In this document: one piece after another, positions 13,240 to 28,273 of the stretch
How positions within the stretch are numbered: position 1 is the stretch's first letter
How the letters are laid out: each line of letters opens with the position of its first letter
Origin: Octopus sinensis
Lineage: Eukaryota
DNA: 64,000 nucleotides
Reading direction: 5' to 3'
NCBI RefSeq assembly: GCF_006345805.1
Contig: NC_042997.1
Location: 37,882,001-37,946,000, forward strand
The notes under the pieces: model-generated
The model's input: the letters and a program-made list of their open reading frames with translations, nothing else
The model's database searches: none
What the model was told of the DNA's origin: nothing
Program-made: the position numbers and the translations under genes

Positions 13240-13745
13240 ACCAGTATCTGCCATCCAGATTAAAGTTACAGTCTCCTCCACAATTTTTTCCACAATAAGT
13301 GAGAAGAAACAAAATTTCTTTACTCTCAAAGGTCTGGCTCGCAAAACTGCGAGCCACCTATGGGGCGTAAAACAGCAACTACACCGTTGTATATTTGACA
13401 CCCCTTAATGGTTGGCAGATTTTCCGCCAACTCTTGCTCAATCATCTGCTTGGAGAAGACGGCAATGGTGTCGAGACCCTTCGAATACGTTCTCAACACT
13501 GCCGTCCTCTCCTCTTGCTGTCTGAGCCGCTCCCTCTCTACAATCTTATCCGTATTTTGTGCCATGTTTTAAATTTAAAATATAGCAGTCCAAAACAATA
13601 GTTCACAAATTTCGAAAAGAAAAGAGAGAAATCGAAAGGAAACAAAAGGGAAGAAGAGAAAAAGCAAACAGTTCAATATTTTAGAAAGTCACAATAGAAG
13701 AAGAAAACAACAGTTCAACAAAAGACAGCAAAAATATATTCTGGG
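13240..13745 (-). mobile_element. ORF1-like (RRM-type) retroelement 5' fragment
   Basis: MAQNTDKIV...AVLRTYSKG..., then a frameshift to VKYTTV*LLFYAP*VARSFASQTFESKEILFLLTYCGK. DNA at 13270-13400 aligns with the reverse complement of 34265-34400. Confidence 0.7.
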
Positions 13746-13935
13746 CATTCAGATACTTTGTGGCATATATATGCACAAAGTAAGTTAGGGGTTATGGATT
13801 CAACTTACTAAGTGTTAGGAATTATAGCTAAAAAAGAGGAAGAAGTTTCCTGTCTAGGGAACTGTAGGTGACTGTGGTTGTGGCTATTTTTATATGAGTG
13901 GTTATTTCTATATGAGTCATAGTTTTTTTTCTGCT

Positions 13936-14352
13936 TTAAATTTTATTATCATTTGTCCGAAGAGTTCCCGGGAGATGAGTAAGGGGACAATCCCTGTGCA
14001 AACACAATCTGTCTCGCTGGGAATAGCGGCAGATTTGGGGATTCCTTGTTTGAGATATTGGTGGTTGTGGTGGTGTTGTAATAGAGTATGTATTATGGTG
14101 GTGGCTGTTGTAGTTTGTGGGGATAGAGCGTTTTGTCCCAGGTAAATGGGTGAATTGGCAGTCGCTATCAATGTATAATCTATGGCGGAGAGAATATCGG
14201 CAAATGATGGGGTTTCGAGTGGTTGTGTAAGTGCGTGTGTGAGTTGTGAGAGGTGTAGATGATAGTTTGTTGAGGTTTTGGCGACCTTTGTGATCTGTGG
14301 GACGTAGAGTTCTTGAACAAGTAGTAGGAGGTAGATTCCTTGATGTATCAGC

Positions 14353-14405
<53 letters not shown>

Positions 14406-14838
14406 CGGCAGAAGAGATGTTGACAGTGATGATGATTGAGGAGGTGGTTTCCATGAGATAGCGGTAGAAAAAGATGTTTTCGGATTGATAGAGTTTGTAG
14501 TGCTAGTAGTAGGCAGAAGAGATGATGTTGACAGTGATGATGATTGAGCTAGTAGGGCAGTGAAAGGAAGGGATGGTGCTTCCTGCTGTGAGACCCTGAT
14601 GACTGGTGGGTCAATCATTTCGTTTAACAAATCGGCCATTGTAGATGAATCAAGGAGTGGTTCATTCTGTTGTTGTTGCTGCTGATATTGCTGTTGCCGC
14701 TGAGGTTGTTGTTGTTGATGCTGCTGAAGTTGTTGTTGTTGTTGTTGCTGTAGCTGTTGTTGTTGTTGTTTTTGTTGCCGCTGAGGTTGTTGTTGTTGAT
14801 GCTGCTGAAGTTGTTGTTGTTGTTGCTGTAGCTGTTGT

Positions 14839-14870
<32 letters not shown>

Positions 14871-15164
14871 CCGCTGAGGTTGTTGTTGTTGTTGTTATGG
14901 CGCCGGTGATGTGTTCGAAGAGAAAAACATCTTAGTTTATCGAAGTGTTTATCGATTAATTTAAAAGCAACTTCGATTTGCTTTAATTTATTTTGTATCT
15001 GCTGTTCAGATCGAGTTTTGAAAAGGTGAATTGTTCGTTTAGCAATTTCGTTCAAACACGAAGCACCTATGTTTTCTGTTTGGGTAAGGCAATGCCAATG
15101 TGTTGATTAGAACGTCGATTTCATTGCCAGACCAAATTTGTTTGGACTTTTGATGGCTAGCCAT
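13936..15164 (-). pseudogene. Frameshifted ORF: Myb/SANT-like N-terminus, Asn- and Thr/Ser-rich middle, two CCCH-like fingers
   Basis: MASHQKSKQIWSGNEIDVLINTL../..NEIAKRTIHLFKTRSEQQIQNKLKQI, then CRYSLRHRLYIDSDCQFTH and CRYSQRDRLCLHRDCPLTH (C-x8-C-x4-C-x3-H). At least 3 frameshifts are needed to join the pieces. Confidence 0.55.
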
Positions 15165-15994
15165 TCTGTGGATATATTTTATTAAATTTTATTTTATTCT
15201 TTTGTTTTATTGATTAATTTTATTTATTTATTTTTTTAGGGAGAAGTATGTAGAATAAAATAGATTGTACAGAATGTTTGCTGTAATACTGACAATTATG
15301 TGATTGGATTTGAATCATGAGCTTGCAGTTATTTTATCTTTCTTTTCTTTTCTGTTTTCTTCTTCTCTTTTTCCCTTTTTCTAATTTTTAATGTGTGGGT
15401 GATCCTTTAGTTATCAGAAGGTGTTGACGGCGTGTATATATAAATACTATCTCATAGGAGCGTGTGATTTTGCTTATTTGGTCGTTTGAAATTTATGAAA
15501 ATAATTTGTAGTTAAAGAAAAATTTACTCACGAGTCGGGAAACGCGTGATTTCAAATATATAGGAATATATTCGTTTGTAGCTGTGAAGCTGTTAAGCTT
15601 GCTGCTGACCGGCGGAGGGTAGTAAAAACACGTCTTTATACTTCAAGAATCAACAGCATATATGGCAACATATATATAGATATCTATACAAAAGCCTACA
15701 CATATACACCTTTTCAATTTACTATGCAACGAAATACATATTTTAACATATATATGTATATATATATATATACATATACACACACATATATATACATAAA
15801 TATACATAAACATATATAGCTATTTACAAACATATATATACACACATAAGCCATAAAATTTAAAAACACATACATATATATACATACAAATAGACAGATG
15901 AACGGAATCATATATATATATATATAGAGAGAGAGAGACAGAGAGAGAGACAGAGAGAGAGAGAGATGTATATGTCTCTCTCTCTCTCTATATA

Positions 15995-16066
<72 letters not shown>

Positions 16067-16329
16067 CACATACATGCACATTAATAGACATATTGATCTA
16101 CACACATACTGAAACACTTACACACACAGAGACAAATATATGTATATATATATACAAATATATACAGAGATATACATAGATACAGCTACATACACATACA
16201 TATACATATATTCAAAATAGATATAAAAATTATTAAATATAATCCTCGAAATAATACACTTCAGAATACTTTCTATACGTATATTTACAAGAGTGCTAAC
16301 AAGATAATTCATGTTCCTGTCTATCATTA

Positions 16330-18670
16330 ACAAATTTCTTTTTTATGTTAAAATTTGATATATTTCATCCACACAATGTTACATCTATTATTAGCAATTA
16401 TATAAGATCTAGCATGATTAATTATTTGCTATTTAATGTTGTACAATTTTACCATCCTTTAACTTTCATATAAACTTTCACCTGGTACTGTTCAACTTGT
16501 CCATGACCCTCAAATTATATTCATTGTTTGCAATTCGTTTTTTAGGAAAATTACCAAGTGACCCAATGCAAAAATAATGTTTCCCTCCAGATTCAACTCT
16601 ACGTCTATATGCAAGGTTATGTTGCATACAAATATTATTGATATAACATTTATCCTTAATTGTACAATAACAAATTCTAGCAACATAGTTATCAGTAATA
16701 GAACTATTATTTTTTATATTGTTATTAAATTGTTTAATTTTTGGTTATTAATTGAAGAGATAATTCTTAACAAATATTTAGATACTGAAAAGCCAGTTCT
16801 GATCTTCTTATTGATTATTTTATTATATTTATTTTCTTTTTTGAAATGTTTGCATATAGATCTGTAAAAACGTTTAATCAAATTAGGTTGTATTTTTCTT
16901 GCAAAAGGAATAATAAGCCAAATATTATTTTCGTTTATAGAATTAACAATATTAAGTGTATTAAAACCTCCATATGGTGTGTAATTTTAGTCTTAACCCT
17001 AATCCTATATTCGTACAGAATATTATAATTACAGCACTTTTCTTTATTCATACTATTACTATTATTATTAGTATTATTCTTATTATTAATAACATCATTA
17101 TTGCTATCATAATACAGGTTTAGCGTATGTACATTATTGGTATTGAATTTAGACATACATTTACATTATATGTTATTCCGCCCTTATTTAGGTTGTCTTT
17201 AGACTATGTAATGGTTAATTTAGTATTTACTTATTGGGATATATCCTTGTCCCGTACTTATCAAATAAAATAACAGATTTTGGAACTTCAAAAATTACTC
17301 TAATTTCTTTAAATCTAAGGCTGGAGTTTTTCTCGAAAATAGAAGAGAACTATTAAGTACAATATCATTAATAGTAGAATAATAGTTATCAATATCTATC
17401 TGTATAAATTTACTTCTATTTTTATTATCTATTCTATCAAACCAAAAAATAGCTTCTTGGATATCAGAACAAAGTTCAAGTTTTATTTTTTAAGAGTAAG
17501 TATATACTCTTATTTTATTTAACATACCTAGGTCAAATCGGGCTGGGCAAATTAATCGAAATTTAATGTTAGAAAATAAGTTTCTTTGCGATCTTTTAAA
17601 GTTATCCTAGGCTTCATAGGCACACAATGCTCTGTTCTATCATCAGGATCATAAGCATTCATAATATTCTTAGCTTCTAATTTAATGGACCTTAAGACAT
17701 TTTTGTTTACTACTTTATAATTACTAGGAATTTATTCATTTGTTACTCTTTTACTCTTTTACTTGTTTCAGTCATTTGACTGCGGCCATGCTGGAGCACC
17801 GCCTTTAATCGAGCAACTCGACTCCGGCACTTATTCTTTTGTAAGCTCAGTACTTATTCTATCGGTCACTTTTGCCGAACCGCTAAGTAACGGGGACATA
17901 AACACACCAGCATGGGCTGTCAAGCAATGCTAGGGGGACAAACACAGACACACAAACACACACACACACACATATATATATATACATATATACGACGGGC
18001 TTCTTTCAGTTTCCGTCTACCAAATCCACTCACAAGGCTTTGGTCGGCCCGAGGCTATAGTAGAAGACACTTGCCCAAGATATCACGCAGTGGGACTGAA
18101 CCCGGAACCATGTGGTTGGTAAACAAGCTACTTAACACACAGCCACTCCTGCGCCTGTTAATTCATAATATTTTAATAAATCCATATCATATAAGTTTCC
18201 AGTTTCATCAGATTGCACAATAATTCCATTTCTTTTCGTTTCAAATCACATACTAACAACTTTAGTTTCTTTAAATGTTCATTCGCCCTAAGAGGACATT
18301 TAACAAATTTAGTATTTGTGACAATATTCCATAAATCGTATTCAAAAGACTCCAAATGGCGGTTTGATGGTGGAAGTCTCTTATAGGTCTTTTTCAAACG
18401 TTCATTATCTTCATTATGATGGTTAATTTCTTGTTCAAAATCCTTATCATGATAAAAAGCCTTCCAACGGATTCCATGAATAAAATCAACAATCTTATTA
18501 ATCAGGTCCTTCATGAAATCTTTCCTATGTGGAAGAGGAATGTCTATTAAAGGAAAGTCAATAATATTTTAAGAATTTCTGGTGAAGTAGGAAGTATATT
18601 TTCTTTAAAATCTCTATAAACTATAATGAAAAGAATAAATAAGGATATATTTCATTCAGACACTAACTAG
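16330..18670 (-). mobile_element. Near full-length decayed Penelope-like element (RT plus C-terminal GIY-YIG), interrupted by a SINE
   Basis: DIPLPHRKDFMKDLINKIVDFIHGIRWKAFY; LKDRKE..FRLICPARFDLG; IQIDIDNYYSTI; IWLIIPFARKIQPNLIKRFYRSICKHFKK; then an endonuclease remnant. Confidence 0.85.
17745..18157 (-). mobile_element. SINE family A nested in a PLE
   Basis: Reverse complement of 5655-6075; it splits the PLE ORF. Confidence 0.9.
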
Positions 18671-19195
18671 TATAGTTTATAATAATCGTAATTTTATACA
18701 TTTACAAATGTATATATAAATTTATAAGAATCTTTGTACATTTATACGTTTGTTTATACCTGCCCATACTTCGCAGAAATTTTGAATTAATGAATAGTTG
18801 ATTAAAAGATTTTTTTATGAATTTAGTGTCTGAATAAAATATATCCCCATATAGTGTTTCATAATCGTATATAGAAATTTTAAATAAAATATATTTCCTA
18901 CTCCACCATAAATTCTTAACATATTACATAGATTTTAATATATAATAAAAAAAATGGACAGTGATTATTTGAGATTAAATATGTTTAAACTAATATTATT
19001 AAAAATGGATTGGATAAGAACAATTTATGACAGTTATAATTGTTTTGTTCATTTAATTTATATCATCTATTTGAATCTTTGTTTTGTTCTTATTATATTT
19101 ATAATTTTTTTAATTATTAACGCACACGCTTGTAAACACAAGTATATTTAAAATCAATGTATCTTATGATTTAGCAGTCCACGTATGAATTTTGG

Positions 19196-19238
<43 letters not shown>

Positions 19239-19369
19239 ATATATATATTATATATATATATATATATTATATTACATCTTTTTATAGTATTATTGTTATA
19301 TTATAATGTTCATAAATGTTTGAATATGTCGATTGTATTTCTCTATTTTCTGAAATATATATATATATA

Positions 19370-19422
<53 letters not shown>

Positions 19423-19684
19423 GTATATATATATATATCTATATATATATATATATATATATATACTTATACATATATATATATACATATGCATATACAT
19501 ATACATATACTTGCATACATAAATACATAAATATGCAAGGGTGGTCATCGAAATCAATGCAAATGTGAGCAGAGGTGTAAAGCGTAAATATATTCTTTTC
19601 GTCATAAATAACCATAGGATGGCACCTAGAAAGTTACTTTCCGATGCAAGGTTGTTTATGGAAGACTTACAGTCGCCCAAGCTC

Positions 19685-19897
19685 ACCAGCTTCTCCTCTC
19701 CATGTCACCTATCTTATCTAAGAGAAAAGCCGACACAGCAAAGCACCAGCGACATCGCAACTCATTTCTACAGCTGAGTGAACTGGAGCATTGTGAAGTA
19801 ATGTGTCTAGATGAAGGACGCAACACAGCTCGGTCCGGGAATCGAACTCACTACCTCATGATCCCGACGCTTTAACCACTGAGTCGTGCATCTTCAC
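19685..19897 (-). mobile_element. tRNA-derived CORE-like SINE (family C head/body)
   Basis: The minus strand has CTCAGTGGTTAAAGCGTCGG..GAGTTCGATTCCCGG and a body CAGTTCACTCAGCTG..AAATGAGT shared with 28370-28420. Confidence 0.7.
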
Positions 19898-20273
19898 GGC
19901 ATAACTGTGAGCATAACTTTGTATTAAAAGACGTAGGTCATTCAAAGTTCAAGTGTCAGTAGCCCATCGTGCGCGGTCGATTTGAAAAGTTAGAATGCAT
20001 AAGAATGTAGCACGTCTATTCTCCGTTGCTGCATAAATATGCATTAATCTTAGCGCCCTTAATGAAGAAGCACGGATGGCAAATTAATTTATTTGCACAT
20101 TAATGCAGAAACACTAGGTGTAAATATAGAAATATTTTTTCTCATTCCCTTTGAAATTACTCTTATTCGAGGTTTGGACTTTAACTGCCTTCTTTAACTA
20201 GCATGTAAGGTCTCCCTTTGTCTGTCATTTTTGTCCCCAGTATATTTAGCCCTCTGTGGGCAATAAAGAAATA

Positions 20274-20467
20274 TACTCTTTTACTCTTTTACTTGTTTCA
20301 GTCATTTGACTGCGGCCATGCTGAAGCACCGCCTTTAGTCGAACAAATCGATCCCAGAGGACTTATTCTTTGTTAGTCTAGTACTTATTCTATCGGTCTC
20401 TTTTGCCGAACCACTTATGGGGACGTAAACACAGACACACAAACATATACACAAACTTATATATGTG

Positions 20468-20513
<46 letters not shown>

Positions 20514-20549
20514 ATATGTGTATATATATATATATATAATATATATATA

Positions 20550-20602
<53 letters not shown>

Positions 20603-20842
20603 CATACACACACGCACACACACACACATATATATATATATTATATATATTATATATATACATAGATACATATATCCGACGGGCTTCTTTCCGTGTCCGT
20701 CTACTAAATCCACTCGCAAGCCTTTGGTCGGCCCGAGGCTATAGTAGAAGACACTCGCGCAAGGTGGCACGGAGTAGGATTGAACCCGGAACCATGTGGT
20801 TGGTAAGCAAGCTACGAACCACATAGCCACTCCTGCGCCCAT
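20274..20842 (-). mobile_element. SINE family A with an expanded internal (TA)n
   Basis: Tail at 20274-20440 and head at 20675-20842 flank ~230 bp of microsatellite. Confidence 0.85.
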
Positions 20843-20859
20843 ATATATATATATAGTTG

Positions 20860-21360
20860 GAATTTACAAAAAGACTGAAGACGAAGACAACAAACACATG
20901 CATTAGTTTAATGCTCGGGTAGGTGAGAAAGTCTTTTACGTTTTGAGCCTACGCTCTTCAGCAGAAAGGAACACGAGAAAATAAACAGAGAGAGAATAAA
21001 CATGTATCTAAACATGTATATATGAATTTCTACGTCTAAATTAGAGAAAAGGGTGATTATTGGTGGGTAGTCCCGGGTAGAATCTGAGTGTGACTCCATT
21101 CGGATTGAGTCATGTTGTGTCTCCTGAATACGAACAACATCGGTGGCCTGTCTCAGCATTGCATCAGTGGCATGTATAGATAGGATATCTAACCTACGTC
21201 TCCTTTAGAAGTCTTTGCCGAAGTCTACAACATACTGCTAGAAGTTCGCTTCTTTTTTGTTGGAGTTATCCAAGTATTCTTTCAACCTGTCATTAATGCT
21301 CCTATATGTGTCACCAATGTAAGATTCTTGAAAAACTGCGCAAGTCCCCTCCTGGCACTT
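20860..21360 (-). mobile_element. PLE 3' fragment: GIY-YIG end plus pLTR
   Basis: QESYIGDTYRSINDRLKEY...LRQATDVVRIQE. The pLTR has a CTGAAGA...AAAACGTA remnant, and its end resembles 53800-53875. Confidence 0.6.
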
Positions 21361-22344
21361 AATTTGGTATACAGTGTTTTGTACGTTGGCGGAATTTGAA
21401 ATCAGAATATAAAGTCTGACGAAATACTGCCAAGCATTTCACCCGGCTTGCCAACGTTTCTGCCAGGTCGCCGCCTTGAAAAACACAAATATATGGTGAA
21501 ATAATTGTTACTCTCCCAGATGCAACGCCAAGTTTTGTCAGTGAACAGGTCGTGGCTTCAAAATATTTTGGCACAAATGAAAATTAAACGTTCAAGTGAA
21601 ACTGACGGTTTTTGTGTGTTCTTCGAGTGGCTTACAAATATCTTCTACGATTCATTTGTTTTTGTTTCAGAACACGACCTCAGACCAAGTTACATGCTAT
21701 GCAAGTACATCTCCCTAATATATATGTATACAGTTGTTGAAGAGGAAACAACAAACATTAAGCGAGGCACACTTATCAAGTCATACACATTATTATTATT
21801 GTTATTATTATTATTATTATTATTGGAGAAAAAAATTTCACAATCTTACGCCTGTTTCTGGGATACCCCAGAGTATGGGATAATCTATCATCGGAGAGAA
21901 ATAGGGAAAATGAAGTAAAGGAATAAGGACCCTTTACTCCTGTCCTCTACGTTGTTATTTCATTAATTTATACCTTTCTCATCCTCCCTATTTTTCTCCG
22001 ATGATGGAATGTCGCATACTCTAGGATACCCCAGAAACTGCTGTAAGACTTTGAAAATTTTTTTCTACAATAATAATGGTGTAAATGACTTGAGATGTTT
22101 GACTTGCCTTGACGTCCGTTGTCCTCTTTCACATTTATATAACCGCTATATCGGAAATTTGCAATGGCTCCAGTACTACCGTCTCGGCCATAATCTTGGG
22201 GACGTAGTAATCCGTTACAGTACTTACCTAGCGTACCTACTTGTTTAGATCACCTCTGAACGAAACTCACATATTTTGTGTGTATACACACACACACACA
22301 CACGCACACACACACACATACATACATATATATATATATTTGTG

Positions 22345-22600
22345 TACTTCGTTCGTTTTCCGTCCTCGTGTTGTATACATTCGAAGCTTTCTTCCAGGGT
22401 ATCTAATGCGCTTGGCTTAGATTTCCCTTGGCGGGCTGGCCATATCGGAGCAATCTCAAGATTAATCAGCCGAAATTGCTAAGATGATCTGGTTCTTGAC
22501 TGATGACTGAGGGCTTCGAATGTCCCGTCCTGTGGTTCTTGTGTCGTCTCTGTGGTGTTTCATGTTCTTGTCCATGTCTGTAATTATATTTTACTGTTTA
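22345..22600 (+). repeat. Copy of the dispersed 3' tail repeat (see 230-945)
   Basis: Aligns with 750-990. Confidence 0.8.
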
Positions 22601-22602
22601 CC

Positions 22603-22635
<33 letters not shown>

Positions 22636-23189
22636 GGAATAATATTCCCTAATATGAAGATATAAAAAAGAACACAAATGAGAAGACAGTTGTTTCGATC
22701 GAATTTTATTTAATTGATGTATTCATACATTACAGTGTCATATAAACTATTATGTTCAGGTGAGATTTTAAAATAGTAAGATGTTAAACCGGTGAGATAA
22801 TACATCCAACATAAAGAATCTGACTAACAATGTTGGGAGTGTTTTTTTAAAATTATATTGGAATTAATAGGAATATTAGGTGTTGCTTTAAGGGGCATGT
22901 GAGAAACAGAGAGAAATTTGAGAACGTACAAGTATTGTAAGAGTCTCTGACATGGAGTAGACAAGCAGGTATCTTATCCGTTTGACAAGTAGACATCTTG
23001 TCCGTTAAGTGAGAAAGTAGAAACCAGAAGACTGCAGAAAGCAATGAAACCGTCATCACATTTGCGCTCTGTACTGTCCAACTTAAATCCCGTTGGTATA
23101 TACATATTTACACTCAGGCTATTACACTCACACACACACAAGATAAGATAAACAAACATATATGCACATACATATATATAAACATACGC

Positions 23190-23297
<108 letters not shown>

Positions 23298-23324
23298 TAC
23301 AATTCAAAAATAGGATAACATCTT

Positions 23325-24630
<1,306 letters not shown>

Positions 24631-25448
24631 ATTTTTATTCCTATATTTATCAACTTCTCAGTCTCCTTGTGCCCCTTAGACCTATCACACATAACTTTTT
24701 ACATGTAATCCTTATTTATATGTGATTTCCTATGTATTTTAATATATATTTCCTCCTATATTTTTATGTATATATTGGGTCTCTGTGAGCTCTCCGTAAG
24801 TAGCCCATACTTTCTACAACATACTTAATATTATGCATACACACACATATACTTTTATACATATGCTTATATAAACATGCGCCCTGTATTCACACTCATA
24901 CACACATATACATATACACACGTACTTATACATAAAGTATATTATATAAAACAATATAATATGATAAAGATATCTAAAGAAGACATAGACACATGACAAA
25001 GTGTCGTAAACTAGATTATCAGATATTTTTACTTGTTATTGACTATAGAATTTTCAAACAAGTGAGAATACGTAACCAAGAGAATAATGACGTAATGTGA
25101 CATATCGCTTAAATAATATTAGATATTTAAATACTATTTAAATGAGACGAGTGTACTTATCTGCGTTAGAGAATGTAGTTAAATAGAAACTAAGAAGTTA
25201 AAGATCAGTAGTTTTCGAAGCATATATGATAACTAGTTTAAAGTATGAAGATGTGTTTATAATGTAATAGAAAAATATGACTCTAAGTTCATTAGATTTG
25301 ACAAGGATATTACCAAAGTAATATGCATTCACAATGTATGTTCGTTTGTATGGTTGTGTGAGTGTGTGTGAGCATGGGAGTGTATGTATGTAAATATGTG
25401 TGTGCGCCTATGTTTGTGTGTATTTGTGTATGCGTGTATTCTCTTATG

Positions 25449-25855
25449 CTTTTACTAGCGTCAGCTATTTGACTGCGGTCATGCTGGAGCACCGCCTCAA
25501 ATTGTTTTAGTCGGACAAATCGAACCCAGGACTTATTTCTTAAGCCTTGTACTTATTCTATCGGTCCGTTTTGCCGAACCGCTAACTTACAGAAACGTTA
25601 ACACACCGACACCGGTTGTCATGCGGTGATGGTGAGACAAACTCAAACGCAAAGACACACTCTCTCCTCACACACACATATACATATGACGGGCGTCTTT
25701 TAGTTTACGTCTACACAATCCACTCACACGTCTTTGGTCGACCCGAGGCTATAGTAAAAAAATCACTAGATCAAGGTGCCACACAGAGTCACTGAACCTG
25801 GAATCATGTGGTTGGGAAGCAAGCCTCTTACTACTCAGACATGCCTGTGCCTATA
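25449..25855 (-). mobile_element. Diverged SINE family A
   Basis: Recognisable tail, body and head with many substitutions. Confidence 0.8.
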
Positions 25856-28273
25856 AAGGAGTATGTCGGTAAGACTCTACTGTGACTCGAGCCCGGATCG
25901 CTGGACTCAGAATCAAAAATGCTCAACATTACAACATAAAAAACAACTTTGTATGTAGGTATGTATGTATGTATGTATTTATGTATGGATGTATGCTTGT
26001 ATGCAGGCAGGTATGATTGTATGTATAAATATGTTAATGGTTACCTTGCACATCTATGCTATTGTAGAGTCTCTGTTCCAAGAGCTTTGCACTCTACCTT
26101 ATGTATTTCATTCAGCCGCCAGTGCATTATATCTATGTTAATTATGCTTAAAAAGTACAGTGCTTCATTATACATTGATTCTTTAGTCATGATTGAGACC
26201 CCTTCTGATCATGTGTATTTTTATTTCGAAATGGCTGTTGGTTAGTATGTTACGGCCTGATATTGTCTTGCATTGAAATACATGCTGCTTTCTTCAGTTC
26301 ATTTGTAAATTACATTTTCTCGTTTTTAATTTTGTCCTAAAGCCTGTCAATTCTATTGTCTGTGATACATTTGTGCCGCCCGGGCGATCGTGAAAGTGCC
26401 TAACTATGTGACTCTTTTCATATCCGAGTGAGTGAGCACAGTCAGCAATAGATCAGTAAAATGCCATCAAACTCCACTTGGAATTTGTATTATCGAAGTG
26501 GGCACTACTGGCTGCAATGCAGCAGGCCACTTAGATTCACAATTTTACCGAGATAATGCGGCTTAAATCGTACCATTCTATCCAAATTTTACCACTCAGT
26601 ATTTGCATTAAAATTTGCATCGTCCTTCGGATTGCTCATCACTGTAGTACCACTAAACATAAAGAGATAAGAACAAACATTGCAATACTTTATAGGTCAA
26701 AAGCCGGCAGGTTTTAAATATCCTGGAGGAGAAACACACGGACAATCCATTTTCGGGGATCATTGCTAAAGCTTCATAAATGAATGCAGTTTTATCAAAC
26801 TCATACAATGCTCAAGAAACAAACACCATTTTAGGGCTACAGAAACAATTAGAACAGTGTAGGCAATGCCACAACCTAATGACTAGATCAAGAAAAAGAG
26901 CATACATGTATATGTATAAACACATACAGACATATACATATCTATCTATATGTAAATATATATGTTTGTGGTGCGTGTCTGCTTGTGGTTGTGTGTGTAC
27001 GTTTGTGTTTATGAATATATATGTGTGTATATATATGTGTGTGTGTGTGTATTAGTGTCTATGTGTGTGTATATTTATGGGCTTTTGGATATATGTGTAC
27101 ATGCATTTATATACGCATGGTTCTATATCACAATAATTTAAAAAGCAAATATGTGTAAAAGATATTAGAATTTTCAATAAACGACAACTTCCACGATGTC
27201 ACTGAATTTGTAACTTTTATGTACTTTCATTTATTCTTACATTATTAAATTTCACTCTGTTGAAGAAACGGTCGCATTTATTAATCACGACCACCGATAT
27301 TAGCTCTGTATAATTTAAGATAATTTTGTTTTTCGACTACATTTTCCAATATATTTAATGTAGTCGTCGCAATATCTTTTCTTTAAATGTAGTTACGCGG
27401 AATATTTACTAAGTTTCAAGTATTTTAAAGTGTAGTCATTCACAACATTCCGCCACCATGATTTCCAAAGTGTAATATGGTAAACGCCCGACGTAATTCC
27501 AAATCACAATATTTTAACATAGTAGCGTCAAGTCAATTTTCAACTCTCAATATTACTGTCATATAATTCAATTTCTTGAACATGATTGACTTATTATTTA
27601 ACAAATCTTCACCGGCTCCAGAGCAGCATTAACACGACTAAAGACATTATTAAAGCAGGCATGTTTTCAAAAGTAACTTGTAAAATTACTTTATAATCAT
27701 ACACCATTTACTTGTGTATCGACTAAAACTTGAATTTGTGAAGTTTCCTCATTTCACTGTAAATAAAATGCTTATTATCCAGCTTATCATACAATTATGA
27801 TTGAAAATGTACTGAAATCGGAAACCTTTTCAATGCCGCAACATTACATTGGCATAATAACAGAGCTTAGAAATCCTAAAACTTCTGAGGTTTTACTATA
27901 TCTATAGCCAACATTGAATTATCTTGATCTCTATGCTTACTCGTATGTACACACAGTTTTAGAGTTTCCAAACACGTGTATGCATAATATTTTTTTTTCA
28001 TTTACTTCGGACCGTAATTATAGTTTGTTTTTAACTTTTCAACGTATATCACCCACGTAAAATTATGTGTGATCCGCTGGTTTTTCCTGTTAGTATTTTG
28101 TAGCAGGCCATCGGCGATGTAACGGACGACGGACAAGGCATTGTACAACCACACCTATCAACAAAACACAATGCCGCTTAAAATCATTAATTCACACGTT
28201 GCTTTCAAGGCTGAAATAAATATTGGCTGAATCTTCACATATCATGTGTATTATACACCGTGCAAGATGAAAG

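Noticed and set aside
14640-14900. Regularly spaced GTT-rich units resembling a repeat-spacer array
   Set aside because: This is a higher-order trinucleotide repeat with no unique spacers, in eukaryotic DNA; not CRISPR.
16330-18670. In-frame TGA stops in PLE ORFs as possible selenocysteine recoding
   Set aside because: Stops are a mix of TAA, TAG and TGA with frameshifts, and the endonuclease is C-terminal, unlike the Naiad clade; ordinary decay explains them.
24775-24810. tgggt-CTCTGTGA-gctctcc-GTAAGTA-gccca hairpin resembling a hammerhead
   Set aside because: Two core positions are wrong and stem II does not pair; too degenerate to call.
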